Origin: an uncultured Gammaproteobacteria bacterium
Lineage (GTDB): Bacteria; Patescibacteriota; Patescibacteriia; UBA2196
Length of the DNA: 50,031 nt
Direction: 5' to 3'
NCBI GenBank assembly: GCA_964522515.1
Contig: CAZFWC010000002.1
Coordinates: forward strand, 3,865-53,895
Position numbers and translations under genes: made by a program. Every line of letters starts with the position of its first letter. Positions within the stretch are counted from its first letter, which is position 1. The notes under the pieces are model-generated. The model had not been told where the DNA came from and did not search any database. It was given only the letters and a program-made list of their open reading frames with translations. Below, piece after piece: positions 39,195 to 50,016 of this stretch.

Positions 39195-40586
39195 CTAATA
39201 ATACCCAACTAATTTTTTCATTCCTTCTTTGTAATCTTGCATTTTTTCTAAAGCTTTGGCTTCAATCTGACGAATTCGTTCACGAGTTACGCCAAATTCT
39301 TGCCCAACTTCTTCTAAAGTATGAAAAACTCCATCTTCTAAACCAAAACGCATTTCAAGAATTTTTTGTTCACGCGGAGTTAATTTATTTATTATTTCAC
39401 TAATATACTTTTTTAACAACTGAATTGCTGTTGCTTTATCTGGTGAAATTGTTTTATGATCTTCAATAAAATCAACTAATTTTGAATCATCATCTCCATC
39501 GTCGCCAACTGTGGCTTGAAGTGAAACAGTTTCTTGAGATATTTTAATAATGTGACGAATTTTGTCAACATCTTCTTCCATTTCTGCGGCAATTTCTTCT
39601 GGCAAAGGTTCCCTGCCTAAACTTTGAATTAATCTTTTTTGCACTTGCTTAAATTTATTAATTGTTTCAACCATATGAACTGGAATTCTAATTGTGCGAG
39701 ATTGATCTGCCAACGCTCGAGTAATTGCTTGTCGAATCCACCAAGTCGCGTAAGTTGAAAATTTGTATCCTTTACGGTAATCAAATTTTTCAACTGCGCG
39801 AAACAAACCAACATTTCCTTCTTGAATTAAATCTAACAAAGTTAGTCCGCTTCTGCCTGCAAATTTTTTCGCAATTGAAACAACCAATCGTAAATTTGAT
39901 TCAACTAATTTGTACACTGCGTCTTTATCGCCTTTTTCTTTTCGTTTTGCTAAAATCATTTCTTCTTCTTTTTTTAACAAAGGAACTTTTCCAATTTCAC
40001 GCAAATACATCTGAATTGAATCAGAAGAAATATCAGACAAATCGCCTCTCTTTTTATCTAAGCCAATCCCAATTTCTTTTAAAATTTTTTCACGATTTTC
40101 TTTTTTACCAAGCAAACTTATTTCTCCTTCTACCACTTGCGAGCCAGCTTTATCTAATTTTGATAAAAATTTTTCATATTCAAAAATATAATCTTCCATT
40201 TCTGGAAAAGCAATTAAAATTTCCGATTCAGTTACAAAACCGCGCACTTTTCCTTTTTTAATTAATGTATCTGATTGCGTTGGGTCAAAAATAACTTTTT
40301 CAATTTTAATATTTTTTTTTCTAATATTTTTTTTCTTAAAACTTTTCTGAATTTTAGAATTTTTAATTTTTTTCTTTTTAAATGTTTTAATGTTTTTGTG
40401 TTTTAATGTTTTTGTGTTTTTTACTTTTTTTGCTAAAGATTTTTTAGTTTTAATTTTAACTAAATTTTTTTTAGCTTTTTTAACACTTTGTTGTCTGCTA
40501 ATTTTCTTAGCAGATTTTTTTGCTTTGCCTCGTGTCCCGAGTACTCGGGATTTACGAGTTTTAATTGTGATTTTCTTTTTTAACAT
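39195..40586 (-). CDS. rpoD: RNA polymerase primary sigma factor with Lys-rich N-terminal extension
   Basis: [40 protein letters not shown]; follows dnaG. Confidence 0.96.
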   Translation of the reverse strand: MLKKKITIKTRKSRVLGTRGKAKKSAKKISRQQSVKKAKKNLVKIKTKKSLAKKVKNTKTLKHKNIKTFKKKKIKNSKIQKSFKKKNIRKKNIKIEKVIFDPTQSDTLIKKGKVRGFVTESEILIAFPEMEDYIFEYEKFLSKLDKAGSQVVEGEISLLGKKENREKILKEIGIGLDKKRGDLSDISSDSIQMYLREIGKVPLLKKEEEMILAKRKEKGDKDAVYKLVESNLRLVVSIAKKFAGRSGLTLLDLIQEGNVGLFRAVEKFDYRKGYKFSTYATWWIRQAITRALADQSRTIRIPVHMVETINKFKQVQKRLIQSLGREPLPEEIAAEMEEDVDKIRHIIKISQETVSLQATVGDDGDDDSKLVDFIEDHKTISPDKATAIQLLKKYISEIINKLTPREQKILEMRFGLEDGVFHTLEEVGQEFGVTRERIRQIEAKALEKMQDYKEGMKKLVGYY

Positions 40587-40612
40587 AAATATATTACGAA
40601 CAAATTCTATTT

Positions 40613-40819
40613 ACCTAGCCCTAAAAGGACTAGGTTAAATTTTCAAGCCCTCTCCTCCTTCGTTAAAACTACGGCGGACAGGTGAAGAGGACTAATTTAT
40701 TTAAAAATTTTAAATTTAAATTTTTGTTTAGCCTGCTTCACCTGTCCGCCGTAGTCCCTTTAGGGACGGAGGAGGAGCAGGCTTGAATTTATTTTAACCT
40801 GACCCTTTAGGGTTAGGGT
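40613..40819. mobile_element. Family F four-hairpin element, filled with two family A inserts (40653-40682 and 40741-40776)
   Basis: Aligns to the empty copy at 49885-50016. Confidence 0.85.
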
Positions 40820-40821
40820 TT

Positions 40822-42705
40822 CTACAACCCTTTCAACTCCCCAGACAACAAACTAAACTCTTTCATCAACTTTTCAATTTTTTCAAATTCATTTTTTTGC
40901 TCTGCTAATTTTATTTCAACTTCAATATTTTTAAGCTTTGTTGAAACATTTTCCTTTTTTAAAAAATTAACAGCTAAATCAAATTCGCGATTAAGCTCGC
41001 GTTTTGACATTTCTACAAATTCATTTTCACCTAATAATTTTAAAGTATCAAAAATAACAACTAAATCTGTTTTTTTAGTTTTAAGATGATTGTAAAAATT
41101 ATTAATTAAATCTTGTCCCGAGTACTCGGGATTGTTTTTAGTATAATATAAAATTATCTGTTTGTAAAATTCCTGAAAACTGTTTTCAATTAATTCTGGC
41201 AAAATTTTGCTAACTAATTCTTCCAAATATTCTTCGCTACGCAAACCCAGAGCTAACAGCCGTTGAGAAATTATATAATTTTTATTAATTTTTATATTTT
41301 GCTTGTCCGTTATTTGTTGGCTCCATCCCTCTTGGGTGGAGCCTTCTTGTTTAGTTGAAATATTTTTGTTTTTATTATTAGACTGGGTTTTAAAACCCAG
41401 TCTAATATTACTAAATTTATTTAAAGCTTCTCTTAAAGAATTTTCATCAATACTAATCGCAGTTGATAATTTTTTTAAATAAAAATCTTTTTCAATTGGA
41501 TCAAAAAGTTTAGCAATCCAAGGTAAAATTTTTCTCGCTGTTTCTCGTTTAACATCAATATTATTTAAATCTTTTTCAGCTAAATTAATCTGAAAAAAAT
41601 AATCCATAAAATTAATTTTTTTATTAACTGCTTTACGCCAAGCATCAGGAGATTTTTGAACCAGCTCATCTGGATCTTTTATTTTTGTTGGCAAAATAAT
41701 TACTTTTACATTTACTCCTGCTTGCCAAGCAAGTTCAATTCCTTTTTCAGCCGCAATTATTCCAGCAACATCAGAATCAAAACACATTGTTAAATTATTT
41801 GTGTATCTTTTTAAAATTTTAATTTGATCTTCAGTCAAAGCTGTGCCAGATGAAGCAACAACATTTTTTACTCCAGCTTTGTGCGAAGCAACCACATCCA
41901 TATTTCCTTCAACTAAAATTACAAAATTTAATTCTCTGATACTTTTTTTAGCTTTATACAATCCGTATAAAATTTGTGATTTATTATAAATTGCGGTTTG
42001 CGGAGTGTTAATATATTTTCCACCTGAAAAATTTGGGTCTGTGCTCATTGCTCTGGCAGTAAAACCAACAATATTTTTATTGTGATCTGAAATTGGAAAC
42101 ATTATTCTGTCACGAAATCTGTCGTAATAATTTCTAACTCCACTGTAATTATTTTTCTCAACAACTAATCCTGATTGCAAAATTTCATTATCTGAAAAAC
42201 CTCTTGTTTTTAAAAACTTGCTGACTGCGTCCCAAGAATCTAGGGCGTAACCAATTTGAAATTCATTAATAATATCTTTATTTAATTTTCTTTTATTAAT
42301 TAAATACTCACGCGCGTTTTTTGCTTGAAGAGAATTAAAAAATTGATCTTGATAAAAATTAATCGCAATTTCATTTAATTCGTAAAGACGAGTTTTTAAA
42401 TTTTGAAATTGTGGATTAAAATTTTGATGTTTTAATTCAACTCCAGCTTTGTCAGCTAAAATTTTTAATGCTTCTGGAAATTCAATGTTTTCAATTTTTT
42501 GAAAAAACGAAAAAATATCTCCACCTTCTCCGCAACCAAAACATTTAAAAAATTGTTTTTCGCGCGAAACAATAAACGACGGAGTTTTTTCATTGTGAAA
42601 AGGACACAAACCTTTAAAATTCACTCCTGATTGTTTTAATGGAATGTATTCTTGAATTAATTCCACAATATCTAATTTTGATTTTATTTCTTCTGTGTTG
42701 GTCAT
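40822..42705 (-). CDS. dnaG: DNA primase
   Basis: CPFHNEKTPSF zinc finger, KYINTP, VEGNMDV, FDSD TOPRIM. Confidence 0.97.
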   Translation of the reverse strand: MTNTEEIKSKLDIVELIQEYIPLKQSGVNFKGLCPFHNEKTPSFIVSREKQFFKCFGCGEGGDIFSFFQKIENIEFPEALKILADKAGVELKHQNFNPQFQNLKTRLYELNEIAINFYQDQFFNSLQAKNAREYLINKRKLNKDIINEFQIGYALDSWDAVSKFLKTRGFSDNEILQSGLVVEKNNYSGVRNYYDRFRDRIMFPISDHNKNIVGFTARAMSTDPNFSGGKYINTPQTAIYNKSQILYGLYKAKKSIRELNFVILVEGNMDVVASHKAGVKNVVASSGTALTEDQIKILKRYTNNLTMCFDSDVAGIIAAEKGIELAWQAGVNVKVIILPTKIKDPDELVQKSPDAWRKAVNKKINFMDYFFQINLAEKDLNNIDVKRETARKILPWIAKLFDPIEKDFYLKKLSTAISIDENSLREALNKFSNIRLGFKTQSNNKNKNISTKQEGSTQEGWSQQITDKQNIKINKNYIISQRLLALGLRSEEYLEELVSKILPELIENSFQEFYKQIILYYTKNNPEYSGQDLINNFYNHLKTKKTDLVVIFDTLKLLGENEFVEMSKRELNREFDLAVNFLKKENVSTKLKNIEVEIKLAEQKNEFEKIEKLMKEFSLLSGELKGL

Positions 42706-42744
42706 ATTCTTTTATATTAACTATTATTTTAAATTTTAGCAATA

Positions 42745-42952
42745 AAAAAAGCCGGATAAATCCGACTAAATTACAGAGAATATTCTCCAAGAGAAGAAAA
42801 TCTTCTTTAGGGAAATTCGAGTGAAAACCAGAATTACCCTGAAATAAGATCCCCATGCTCGTCGTCTCTTGGAGGATACTTTCTACAATTAATTTTTAAT
42901 TTAAAATTACAATTTCTAAATAATTACGCTAATTTAGAAATTTGTTAGTTAA
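42745..42952 (-). ncRNA. Candidate structured RNA (long bulged rod; 6S-like or dnaG leader)
   Basis: Paired arms TCCTCCAAGAG/CTCTTGGAGAA and AGGGTAATTC/GAATTTCCCT, bounded by a promoter and a terminator. Confidence 0.5.
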
Positions 42953-42958
42953 TTAAAT

Positions 42959-42987
42959 ATTTTAGCACATCATTTAAAAACTGTCAA
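42959..42987 (-). promoter_or_regulatory. Strong sigma70 promoter
   Basis: TTGACA-17 bp-TAAAAT with extended -10 TG. Confidence 0.7.
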
Positions 42988-43041
42988 ACCAAAAAAACAA
43001 CTTAATAAGTCGCATTTTATTTATTTTTATTTTATTTTTTA

Positions 43042-44871
43042 TTATTCAACAACTCTAAAAATCTCTTCCAAACTAGTCACTCCTTGGATTGCTTTTAAAA
43101 TTCCATCTTGCGCCATTGAAATCATTCCATTTTTTTGCGCAAGTTCTCTTATTTTATATTCAGAAATTTCACTTGATAAAATTATTTCTTCAATTTCTTT
43201 ATTCATTTCAAACATTTCAAAAACACCAATCCGTCCACTGTATCCTAAATTATTACACTCATCACAGCCCACTGATTTATAAAAATCAATTTTAGATAAA
43301 TCTTCTTTTCCCTTAATTTCTAAATTTCTTAATTTCTCATCTTTTTGCAAGTCTATATTTGATAAAATTTCCCAAATTTTATCTTTAACATTTTCATTAA
43401 GTTTTACTCTTTCTTTACATTTTTCACACAACTTTCTAACTAATCTTTGCGCAATTATTAAATTTAAAGCAGGGGCTAACAAATATTGCTTTGCTCCCAT
43501 TGATAAAAATCTAGGAATTGCTCCAGCAGCGTCATTTGTGTGCAACGATGATAAAACTAAATGTCCAGTTAACGCTGCGTTTAAAGCAATATCAACAGTT
43601 TCTAAATCACGCATTTCACCAACCATAATTACATCAGGATCTTGACGAACAATTGAACGCAATCCTTTTGCAAAAGTATATTCTTTACTTTCATTAACCT
43701 GCGATTGATTAACGCCTTTAACTTCATACTCAATTGGATCTTCAATTGTAATTATTTTTGTTTCAGCGTCATTTAATTTATTTAACACGCTGTACAAAGT
43801 TGTTGTTTTGCCAGAACCAGTTGGACCAGTTGTAATTATCATTCCGTTTGGTCGATTAATTTGTTTAATTAACATTTCGCTTGCGGTTTTATTTAACCCT
43901 AAATCCTCTAATTTTAAATTAGCCATTTTTGATAAAAGCAAACGCATCACTACTGATTCTCCATAAGCTGTTGGCAAAGTTGAAACACGAACATCAACTT
44001 TATCATCTGTGAGAATTATTGAAAATCGTCCGTCTTGCGGTTTTGATTCAATATTTAATTTTAATCCTGACAAAAGTTTCAAACGGGAAATTAAATTTTG
44101 CCAAACTGATTTTTCTAAAACACAAGCTGTGTGCAAAACCCCGTCAATTCGATAACGCAATTTAATTCCATCAACTTCTGCTTCAATATGAATATCTGAT
44201 GAATTAGTTTTTAAACCAGCTGCAACTACAACTGCAACCAATTCTGTTGTTGACGCTTTTTTAATTAAATCTTCAACTTGCTCTAATGAATTTAATTCTT
44301 GAGAAAATTTTTGCAAATCATCTTGATTAATTTCAACACCAGACCTGGCTTCTTTAATTTTTGGCACTGATTCATATTGTTTAACAACTTCATTAAAACT
44401 TTTTTCAGAAGTTAAAAAAATCTCTACGCTAATTTTTAATTTTTCTGAAAACTCATTTTGCAAACTTTGAATTTCATCTGCGTTTAGTTTTAATGTTGCT
44501 AAACGAGCAACTTTGTGAGGAGCAAAATAAAAACAAACAACTTTTTTTTCTTTTACTTCTTTCAAAGGAATTCTTTGCAAAACATCTGAAGGAACAGGAA
44601 TTCCTTTTAAATTAATAAAACCAAAACCAATTTGTTGCGCTTTTGTTTTTAACTCTTCATCTAATTCTTTTTGTTGAAGTTCTTGTATTTTTGTGTCAAG
44701 CGCTTGTCCTGTTGACAAAGAACTAATATTTTGATGATCTAATCTGCTTGTAATTCCGCTTGACTGTTGATTTTGATTTTCATTTTTAACACTACCATTT
44801 TCACTGCTAAAATCATCAGAGTCACTTCTGCTGTCTTTATTTTCTTGAATTAAATCATTAATGTTTTTCAT
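43042..44871 (-). CDS. GspE/PilB-family type IV pilus assembly ATPase
   Basis: SDIHIE, GPTGSGKTT, TIEDPIEY, LHTNDA, tetracysteine motif. Confidence 0.95.
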   Translation of the reverse strand: MKNINDLIQENKDSRSDSDDFSSENGSVKNENQNQQSSGITSRLDHQNISSLSTGQALDTKIQELQQKELDEELKTKAQQIGFGFINLKGIPVPSDVLQRIPLKEVKEKKVVCFYFAPHKVARLATLKLNADEIQSLQNEFSEKLKISVEIFLTSEKSFNEVVKQYESVPKIKEARSGVEINQDDLQKFSQELNSLEQVEDLIKKASTTELVAVVVAAGLKTNSSDIHIEAEVDGIKLRYRIDGVLHTACVLEKSVWQNLISRLKLLSGLKLNIESKPQDGRFSIILTDDKVDVRVSTLPTAYGESVVMRLLLSKMANLKLEDLGLNKTASEMLIKQINRPNGMIITTGPTGSGKTTTLYSVLNKLNDAETKIITIEDPIEYEVKGVNQSQVNESKEYTFAKGLRSIVRQDPDVIMVGEMRDLETVDIALNAALTGHLVLSSLHTNDAAGAIPRFLSMGAKQYLLAPALNLIIAQRLVRKLCEKCKERVKLNENVKDKIWEILSNIDLQKDEKLRNLEIKGKEDLSKIDFYKSVGCDECNNLGYSGRIGVFEMFEMNKEIEEIILSSEISEYKIRELAQKNGMISMAQDGILKAIQGVTSLEEIFRVVE

Positions 44872-44924
44872 AATTTTTAGACTACCCAAAAACAAAATTT
44901 TGATTTGTCAAAATTTTGATTAAT

Positions 44925-45425
44925 TTAACTTTTTAATTTAACTAAATGGATAAATTTTTCTAAAAATTTTTCAAGTGAAAAATCATTTTTTAAAAGTTTT
45001 TTTGTTTTATCAGAAAAATTAAATTCATCTAAATTAACAAAATATGGTTTTCCTTTATTATCAAAATCTAAAACACAAATTCCCAAAATTTCTGGTTTGT
45101 GAGGAAAATCTAAATCACAAAAAAGTTTTACATATTTTTGCAAATTCTTTTCATTTAAAATTTCAGTTTTTATTTCTTTTCCGCGTAAATTTCCACGGTT
45201 TTTAGAAAAATACGGCGTGTGCCCACGAAGCACTAAGAAATGAGCAAATCCAACATTTTGCCTTCTAACATTTGCTGTTTCACCAAGTAAATTTTCAAAA
45301 TAATTATTTACATTTTGTTTGTAATTAGAAGTTACAAACTTAAAACTAATCGTCGCAACAAATTCTTTATTTTTAAAAACCGAAATATCCAAATTTTTTG
45401 GCATATATTTGCCATCCATTACCAC
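44925..45425 (-). pseudogene. 5'-truncated type II restriction endonuclease-like gene
   Basis: PD-(D/E)xK-like LDIS...ISFK and NYKQNVNNYFEN; in-frame stops just upstream. Confidence 0.6.
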
Positions 45426-45453
45426 TTCTTTACTCTACTAATTCTCGATAATT

Positions 45454-46422
45454 TTAAAGTAAAATTTTTTCTTTTAGAAAAAAAATCAAATTTTCCAATT
45501 GTTGTTCATTTTGAATAAAGACTTCAAATTTTTCTTTACCCAAACTTCCTTTTGGTTTGCCACCTTTCTTTTGCAAATATTTTTCATTGAAACGATCATC
45601 AAAAACCAACAAAGAAACATTCGCAATATCAAGATCTGTATTAATTTGTAAAAAAGCTTTCCATCGTCCTTTTCCATTTTTTGGAATTATTGAAAAAGAA
45701 AAATCTTTTATTTTGAGAGAAATATTTGTTTGATTCATTTTTACTTTAACATTTCCAAAGCCAGCTAAAAAGTTATAGAATTTTTCAAAAAATAATTTTG
45801 ACTTTTCTTTTTTGTAAAAAAATATTTCTATTTCTGACAACGCATCCTTACCATCAACAATTTTTTTAATTTTTCTGATTTTTTCAGTGTTCTTCGCTTC
45901 ATCGTCATCTGGATCATTATTTATATAATCAATTAAAAACAAATCATCTTCAAACCAAAAATATTTTATAAGTGTTATATTTTTTCGTTTTTTTGCACTT
46001 GAAATATGAGTTTGAGTAAATCTTTGAGCAATAAAAATAATTTCAATTTGATCTTTTTTAATTTCGTGATAGCTTGGCAATTTAATGCCAAATTTTTGTG
46101 TCGCTTCTAAATAAATTTCAGCAAAATTGTCTTCTACAAAATCTTTATAATCACTTGCTTGTTGTGAAATATTTTTATCAAATTCTTTTTTAAGTTCAAA
46201 AACAATAAATCTATTTGTTTTTGGATTAAAGGCAAAAATATCAATCCTTCCAGAAGATTCGTTGCTTCTAACACTTCCATTTAAACGGAATTCATTTTTT
46301 ATAAATTCAAAATTTGGAAAAATATATTTCCAATGATTTGTTAAAAAATTATTCAGCTCTGTCTCTGACTTTTGAACTTGTTTTAAAATTTTCTTATTTG
46401 AAATTGAAAAAAGTTTTGGCAT
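45454..46422 (-). CDS. NucS/Mrr-like PD-(D/E)xK nuclease domain protein
   Basis: ETELNNF...GRIDIFA...VFELKK...QASDY. Confidence 0.75.
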   Translation of the reverse strand: MPKLFSISNKKILKQVQKSETELNNFLTNHWKYIFPNFEFIKNEFRLNGSVRSNESSGRIDIFAFNPKTNRFIVFELKKEFDKNISQQASDYKDFVEDNFAEIYLEATQKFGIKLPSYHEIKKDQIEIIFIAQRFTQTHISSAKKRKNITLIKYFWFEDDLFLIDYINNDPDDDEAKNTEKIRKIKKIVDGKDALSEIEIFFYKKEKSKLFFEKFYNFLAGFGNVKVKMNQTNISLKIKDFSFSIIPKNGKGRWKAFLQINTDLDIANVSLLVFDDRFNEKYLQKKGGKPKGSLGKEKFEVFIQNEQQLENLIFFLKEKILL

Positions 46423-46426
46423 ATAT

Positions 46427-46600
46427 TTATTTTTTAAAATTAATAGCAAAAATATCCATAAATTCCTGTCCTATTTTACGCATTTCATCTAGACCCTCTA
46501 AATCCCAAACTGTATTTTTATTTCCATAAATTTCATAAAAATTATCATAAAGTTCAGACATTTTCTGAAATTGTTTTTGTGGTATTTGTATTGTTTTCAT
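46427..46600 (-). CDS. Small hypothetical protein
   Basis: MKTIQIPQKQFQKM..., 57 aa, packed tightly before the nuclease gene. Confidence 0.55.
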   Translation of the reverse strand: MKTIQIPQKQFQKMSELYDNFYEIYGNKNTVWDLEGLDEMRKIGQEFMDIFAINFKK

Positions 46601-46625
46601 AAATTTAACACATTTTTTTAAAACA

Positions 46626-46835
46626 TTAATTGAATTTATTATAAGTGATAAAATAATTTTCAGCAAATTTTTGTGTTGCTAAAATTGTAAAAATTCCATC
46701 TCCACATCCTGCATCTAAAATTTTTTCATCACCACGAATTTTATAATTTTTAAAAATTTCATCAACCATAAACTTAGCAACCCAACTAGGCGTAAAAACT
46801 ACTCCGTTTTGTTTTTTTAAACTTTCTTTATTCAT
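46626..46835 (-). pseudogene. N6-adenine DNA methyltransferase remnant
   Basis: GVVFTP and ILDAGCGDGIF motif I present; the NPPY part is absent. Confidence 0.8.
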
Positions 46836-46874
46836 ATTTTAATTTTACATCATCTTTATAAAATAGTAAAACTA

Positions 46875-46909
46875 AAAAAGCAGTCCCAAATATTTGAAAC
46901 TGCTTTTTT
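46875..46909 (-). terminator. Intrinsic terminator
   Basis: AAAAAAGCAG...CTGCTTTTTT. Confidence 0.65.
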
Positions 46910-46924
46910 AATTTTCATAAAACT

Positions 46925-47953
46925 TTATTCTTCAGTAATTTCCAATTTTTGCTTTTTCATACCCAACCTACTAATAAATCTTGAAATTTTAGAATAAACT
47001 TGACTAGAATTTAATTTATCAAAAAGCAAAACCCAGCAAGTCATTTGATAAGTTGAAAGCAACGCGCCAATCCAGAAAAGCATCAAAATCAAAACAGAAA
47101 TTATAATAATTGTTGCAAACATTAAAAATCCTTGAATTTGAAGAGCGTAAAATAAATAAAGCAACAAAGAAAGTGGAATTGCTAAAATAATCGCAATCAC
47201 AACCATTGTTAATCCAGCTAAAATACTAACAAAAAATAATAAAATTGCCATTTCAATTGACACAATCCAATTTTTAATAAATAAATTCCAAGCGCTTTTT
47301 AAAGACTCGTTAATTTTTTGTTTTTGCAAAACTACAAAAATAATTGCGTATTTTATTATAAAAGAAATAATAACAGCTAAAGGAATTAAAATAATAAATG
47401 ACAATAAAACAAATAAAAATTGCGCTGTGTCACTGGTTTGTTTTAAATAAAGCAAAGCTAACGGAACGCCAACAATAAACATCAATCCTAAAACAATAAA
47501 TTTGCCAATAATATTTAAACCAAGCACTGACCAAAAATTTTGTCTTCCTGCTTTAAAACAAGTTGCAAAAGTTGAATTTTGTTTTCTGTATTCTTTATCA
47601 GCGCCATTAATTAATCCTGCCTGTGAAACAACTGACAACCAAATAATAAAAATAAATAAAATTAATAGAATTAAAAATAAAAGCAAAACACTTAAACTAA
47701 AATTAGAAAATAATTCACTAATTCTGCTTTGAAAAGTTCCAACAAAACCATTAGAGTATAATGTTTTTAAACTTAATAATGAATCTGTCTCGCTGTTAAC
47801 ACTTGAAAAATTATTAATTAACAAATTAACTTCTCCACTGTTGCCAACAAAAGTGGCAAAAAAACCAAAAAACCATAAATATCTTGCTTTGTATAAAATT
47901 TTCCAAGCAATTTTTAAAATAGGACGATAAACTGGTATCATAAAATTATCCAA
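46925..47953 (-). CDS. Polytopic membrane protein, unknown function
   Basis: LWFFGFFA motif and several TM segments. Confidence 0.8.
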   Translation of the reverse strand: MDNFMIPVYRPILKIAWKILYKARYLWFFGFFATFVGNSGEVNLLINNFSSVNSETDSLLSLKTLYSNGFVGTFQSRISELFSNFSLSVLLLFLILLILFIFIIWLSVVSQAGLINGADKEYRKQNSTFATCFKAGRQNFWSVLGLNIIGKFIVLGLMFIVGVPLALLYLKQTSDTAQFLFVLLSFIILIPLAVIISFIIKYAIIFVVLQKQKINESLKSAWNLFIKNWIVSIEMAILLFFVSILAGLTMVVIAIILAIPLSLLLYLFYALQIQGFLMFATIIIISVLILMLFWIGALLSTYQMTCWVLLFDKLNSSQVYSKISRFISRLGMKKQKLEITEE

Positions 47954-47991
47954 TAATCAACCCTCGAGCACGGGATTAATTTAAAAAATTT

Positions 47992-49836
47992 TTATTGTTT
48001 TATTTTCTTTCCAACAATTTTTTCAAACTCTTCTTTTTCCAATGTTTCTTTTTCAAGCAACTTATCCACTATTTTTTCTAATTTAACTTTTTCTTTTTTA
48101 ATTATACCACAAGCTGTCTCATAAGCGCTAGTGAGAAAATTTGAAACTTCTTCATCAATCATCTGCGCCACTTTTTCAGAATAATTTCTTTGTTCTGAAA
48201 TTTCACGACCAAGAAAAACTAATTCTTCTTTTTCGCCAAAAGTTCTTGGTCCTAGTTTTTCGCTCATCCCATAATCAGTTACTAATTTACGCGCCATTTT
48301 TGTTGCTTGTCTTAAATCAGAAGTCGCGCCAGTTGTAACCTCGCCAAAAATTTCTTTTTCTACTGCGTGACCAGCTAACAACACTGATAACTCATCTAAA
48401 AAATATGATTTAGAATGCATATTTACATCTCTTTCTGGAACTTTTAAAGTGTACCCTCCTGCTTGTCCTCGCGCGATAATTGAAACTTTTTGCACTGGAT
48501 CAGAATGCAAAGATTCGTGCGCGACTAACGCGTGACCAGCTTCGTGAAAAGCAGTAATCTTTTTTTCCTTAGTTGATAAAACGCGCGAACGCCTTTCTGG
48601 ACCTAACATAACTTTTTCAATACTTTCTAAAATTTCTGACATTTTAATTTTCTTTTTATTTGTCTTTGCGCTTAAAATCGCAGCTTCGTTCATCAGATTT
48701 GCTAAATCAGCTCCTGAAAAACCAGGTGTGCGTTCAGCAACTCTTTTTAATTCAACTTCTTTTGACAAAATTTTATCAACGCAATGAATTTTTAAAATTT
48801 CTGTGCGTTCATTTAAATCAGGCAAATCCAAAGTTACTCTTCGATCAAATCGTCCTGGTCGCAAAAGCGCTACATCTAAAACATCTGGACGATTTGTCGC
48901 AGCTAAAACAATCACTCCAGAATTTGGTTCAAACCCGTCCATCTCAACTAAAATTTGATTTAAAGTTTGCTCTCGTTCGTCGTGCGAACCGCCTAAACCA
49001 GTTCCGCGTTGGCGACCAATTGCGTCAAGCTCATCAATAAAAACAATACAAGGAGCGTTCTTTTTTGCTTTTTGAAAAAGCGAACGAACTCTTGAAGCTC
49101 CAACACCAACAAACATTTCTACAAATTCAGAACCAGAAACATGAAAAAATGGAACAGCTGCTTCGCCTGAAACAGCTTTTGCCATTAAAGTTTTTCCAGT
49201 TCCAGGAGGTCCAAGAAGTAAAACTCCTTTTGGAATTTTTGCGCCAACTTCACTGTATTTTTTAGGATTTTTTAAAAAGTCAACTACTTCAACTAACTCA
49301 GCTTTTGCTTCTTTTGCTCCAGCAACATTTACAAAAGTAATTTTTTCTTTTTTATCTCCTTTTTTACTAGGTTCGTTTGCATTTGTTTGTCCAAAATTCA
49401 TTGCTTTATTATTTACATTTTTCATTTGGCGAGAAAGTAAAAATATAAATCCTAAAATAAAAAATATTGGAATTAAAAATGGTAAAAATCCACTAAGCCA
49501 ATAATTAATTCCAGCTGGATCTTTTACTTGAATATTAATTTTACTTAATTTTTCAATTGGGACATTGTAATTTTTTAATAAAGTTGAAAATGATTCTGAT
49601 TCTTTTTTAGTAATTAATTTTTCATTATTGTTAAGTAAAACTTCTAATTCATTTCCTTTAATAATAATTTCCGCGATTTCTTCGTTATTAATTTTTTCAA
49701 TTATTTGCCCAATTCCAACTTCTTGTTCACTATCTGGCGAATTATTTTTTTTAGGATTATCATAAATCGAAAACAGCCCAGCTAAAATTATAAAAACCAA
49801 GACAATCGTAAATAAATTTTTAAAAAGGTTTTTCAT
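47992..49836 (-). CDS. ftsH: ATP-dependent zinc metalloprotease FtsH
   Basis: [27 protein letters not shown]. Confidence 0.98.
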   Translation of the reverse strand: MKNLFKNLFTIVLVFIILAGLFSIYDNPKKNNSPDSEQEVGIGQIIEKINNEEIAEIIIKGNELEVLLNNNEKLITKKESESFSTLLKNYNVPIEKLSKINIQVKDPAGINYWLSGFLPFLIPIFFILGFIFLLSRQMKNVNNKAMNFGQTNANEPSKKGDKKEKITFVNVAGAKEAKAELVEVVDFLKNPKKYSEVGAKIPKGVLLLGPPGTGKTLMAKAVSGEAAVPFFHVSGSEFVEMFVGVGASRVRSLFQKAKKNAPCIVFIDELDAIGRQRGTGLGGSHDEREQTLNQILVEMDGFEPNSGVIVLAATNRPDVLDVALLRPGRFDRRVTLDLPDLNERTEILKIHCVDKILSKEVELKRVAERTPGFSGADLANLMNEAAILSAKTNKKKIKMSEILESIEKVMLGPERRSRVLSTKEKKITAFHEAGHALVAHESLHSDPVQKVSIIARGQAGGYTLKVPERDVNMHSKSYFLDELSVLLAGHAVEKEIFGEVTTGATSDLRQATKMARKLVTDYGMSEKLGPRTFGEKEELVFLGREISEQRNYSEKVAQMIDEEVSNFLTSAYETACGIIKKEKVKLEKIVDKLLEKETLEKEEFEKIVGKKIKQ

Positions 49837-49884
49837 AATTTTATTTTACTGTAAAAAAATATTCTTGACAAGTTTTTTAAATTC

Positions 49885-50016
49885 ACCTGGCCCTAAAAGG
49901 GCAAGGTTAATTCTTCAAGCCCTCTAAAGAGGGCTATCTAAAATTTTATTTATTTATTTTATTAGTCCGCTTCAGCGGACTTGAATTACTTTTAACCTAA
50001 CCCTTTAGGGTTAGGG
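49885..50016. mobile_element. Family F four-hairpin element, empty copy
   Basis: Hairpins ACCTGGCCCTAAAAGGGCAAGGT, AGCCCTCTAAAGAGGGCT, AGTCCGCTTCAGCGGACT and ACCTAACCCTTTAGGGTTAGG. Confidence 0.8.

Noticed and set aside
42614..42856. 80-aa ORF upstream of and overlapping dnaG
   Set aside because: Crosses a terminator and overlaps dnaG out of frame; the region is better explained as structured RNA.
44693..44724. Possible degenerate family B-like insert in the PilB N-terminus (SSLSTGQALD)
   Set aside because: Only CAGGACAAG matches; too degenerate to support.
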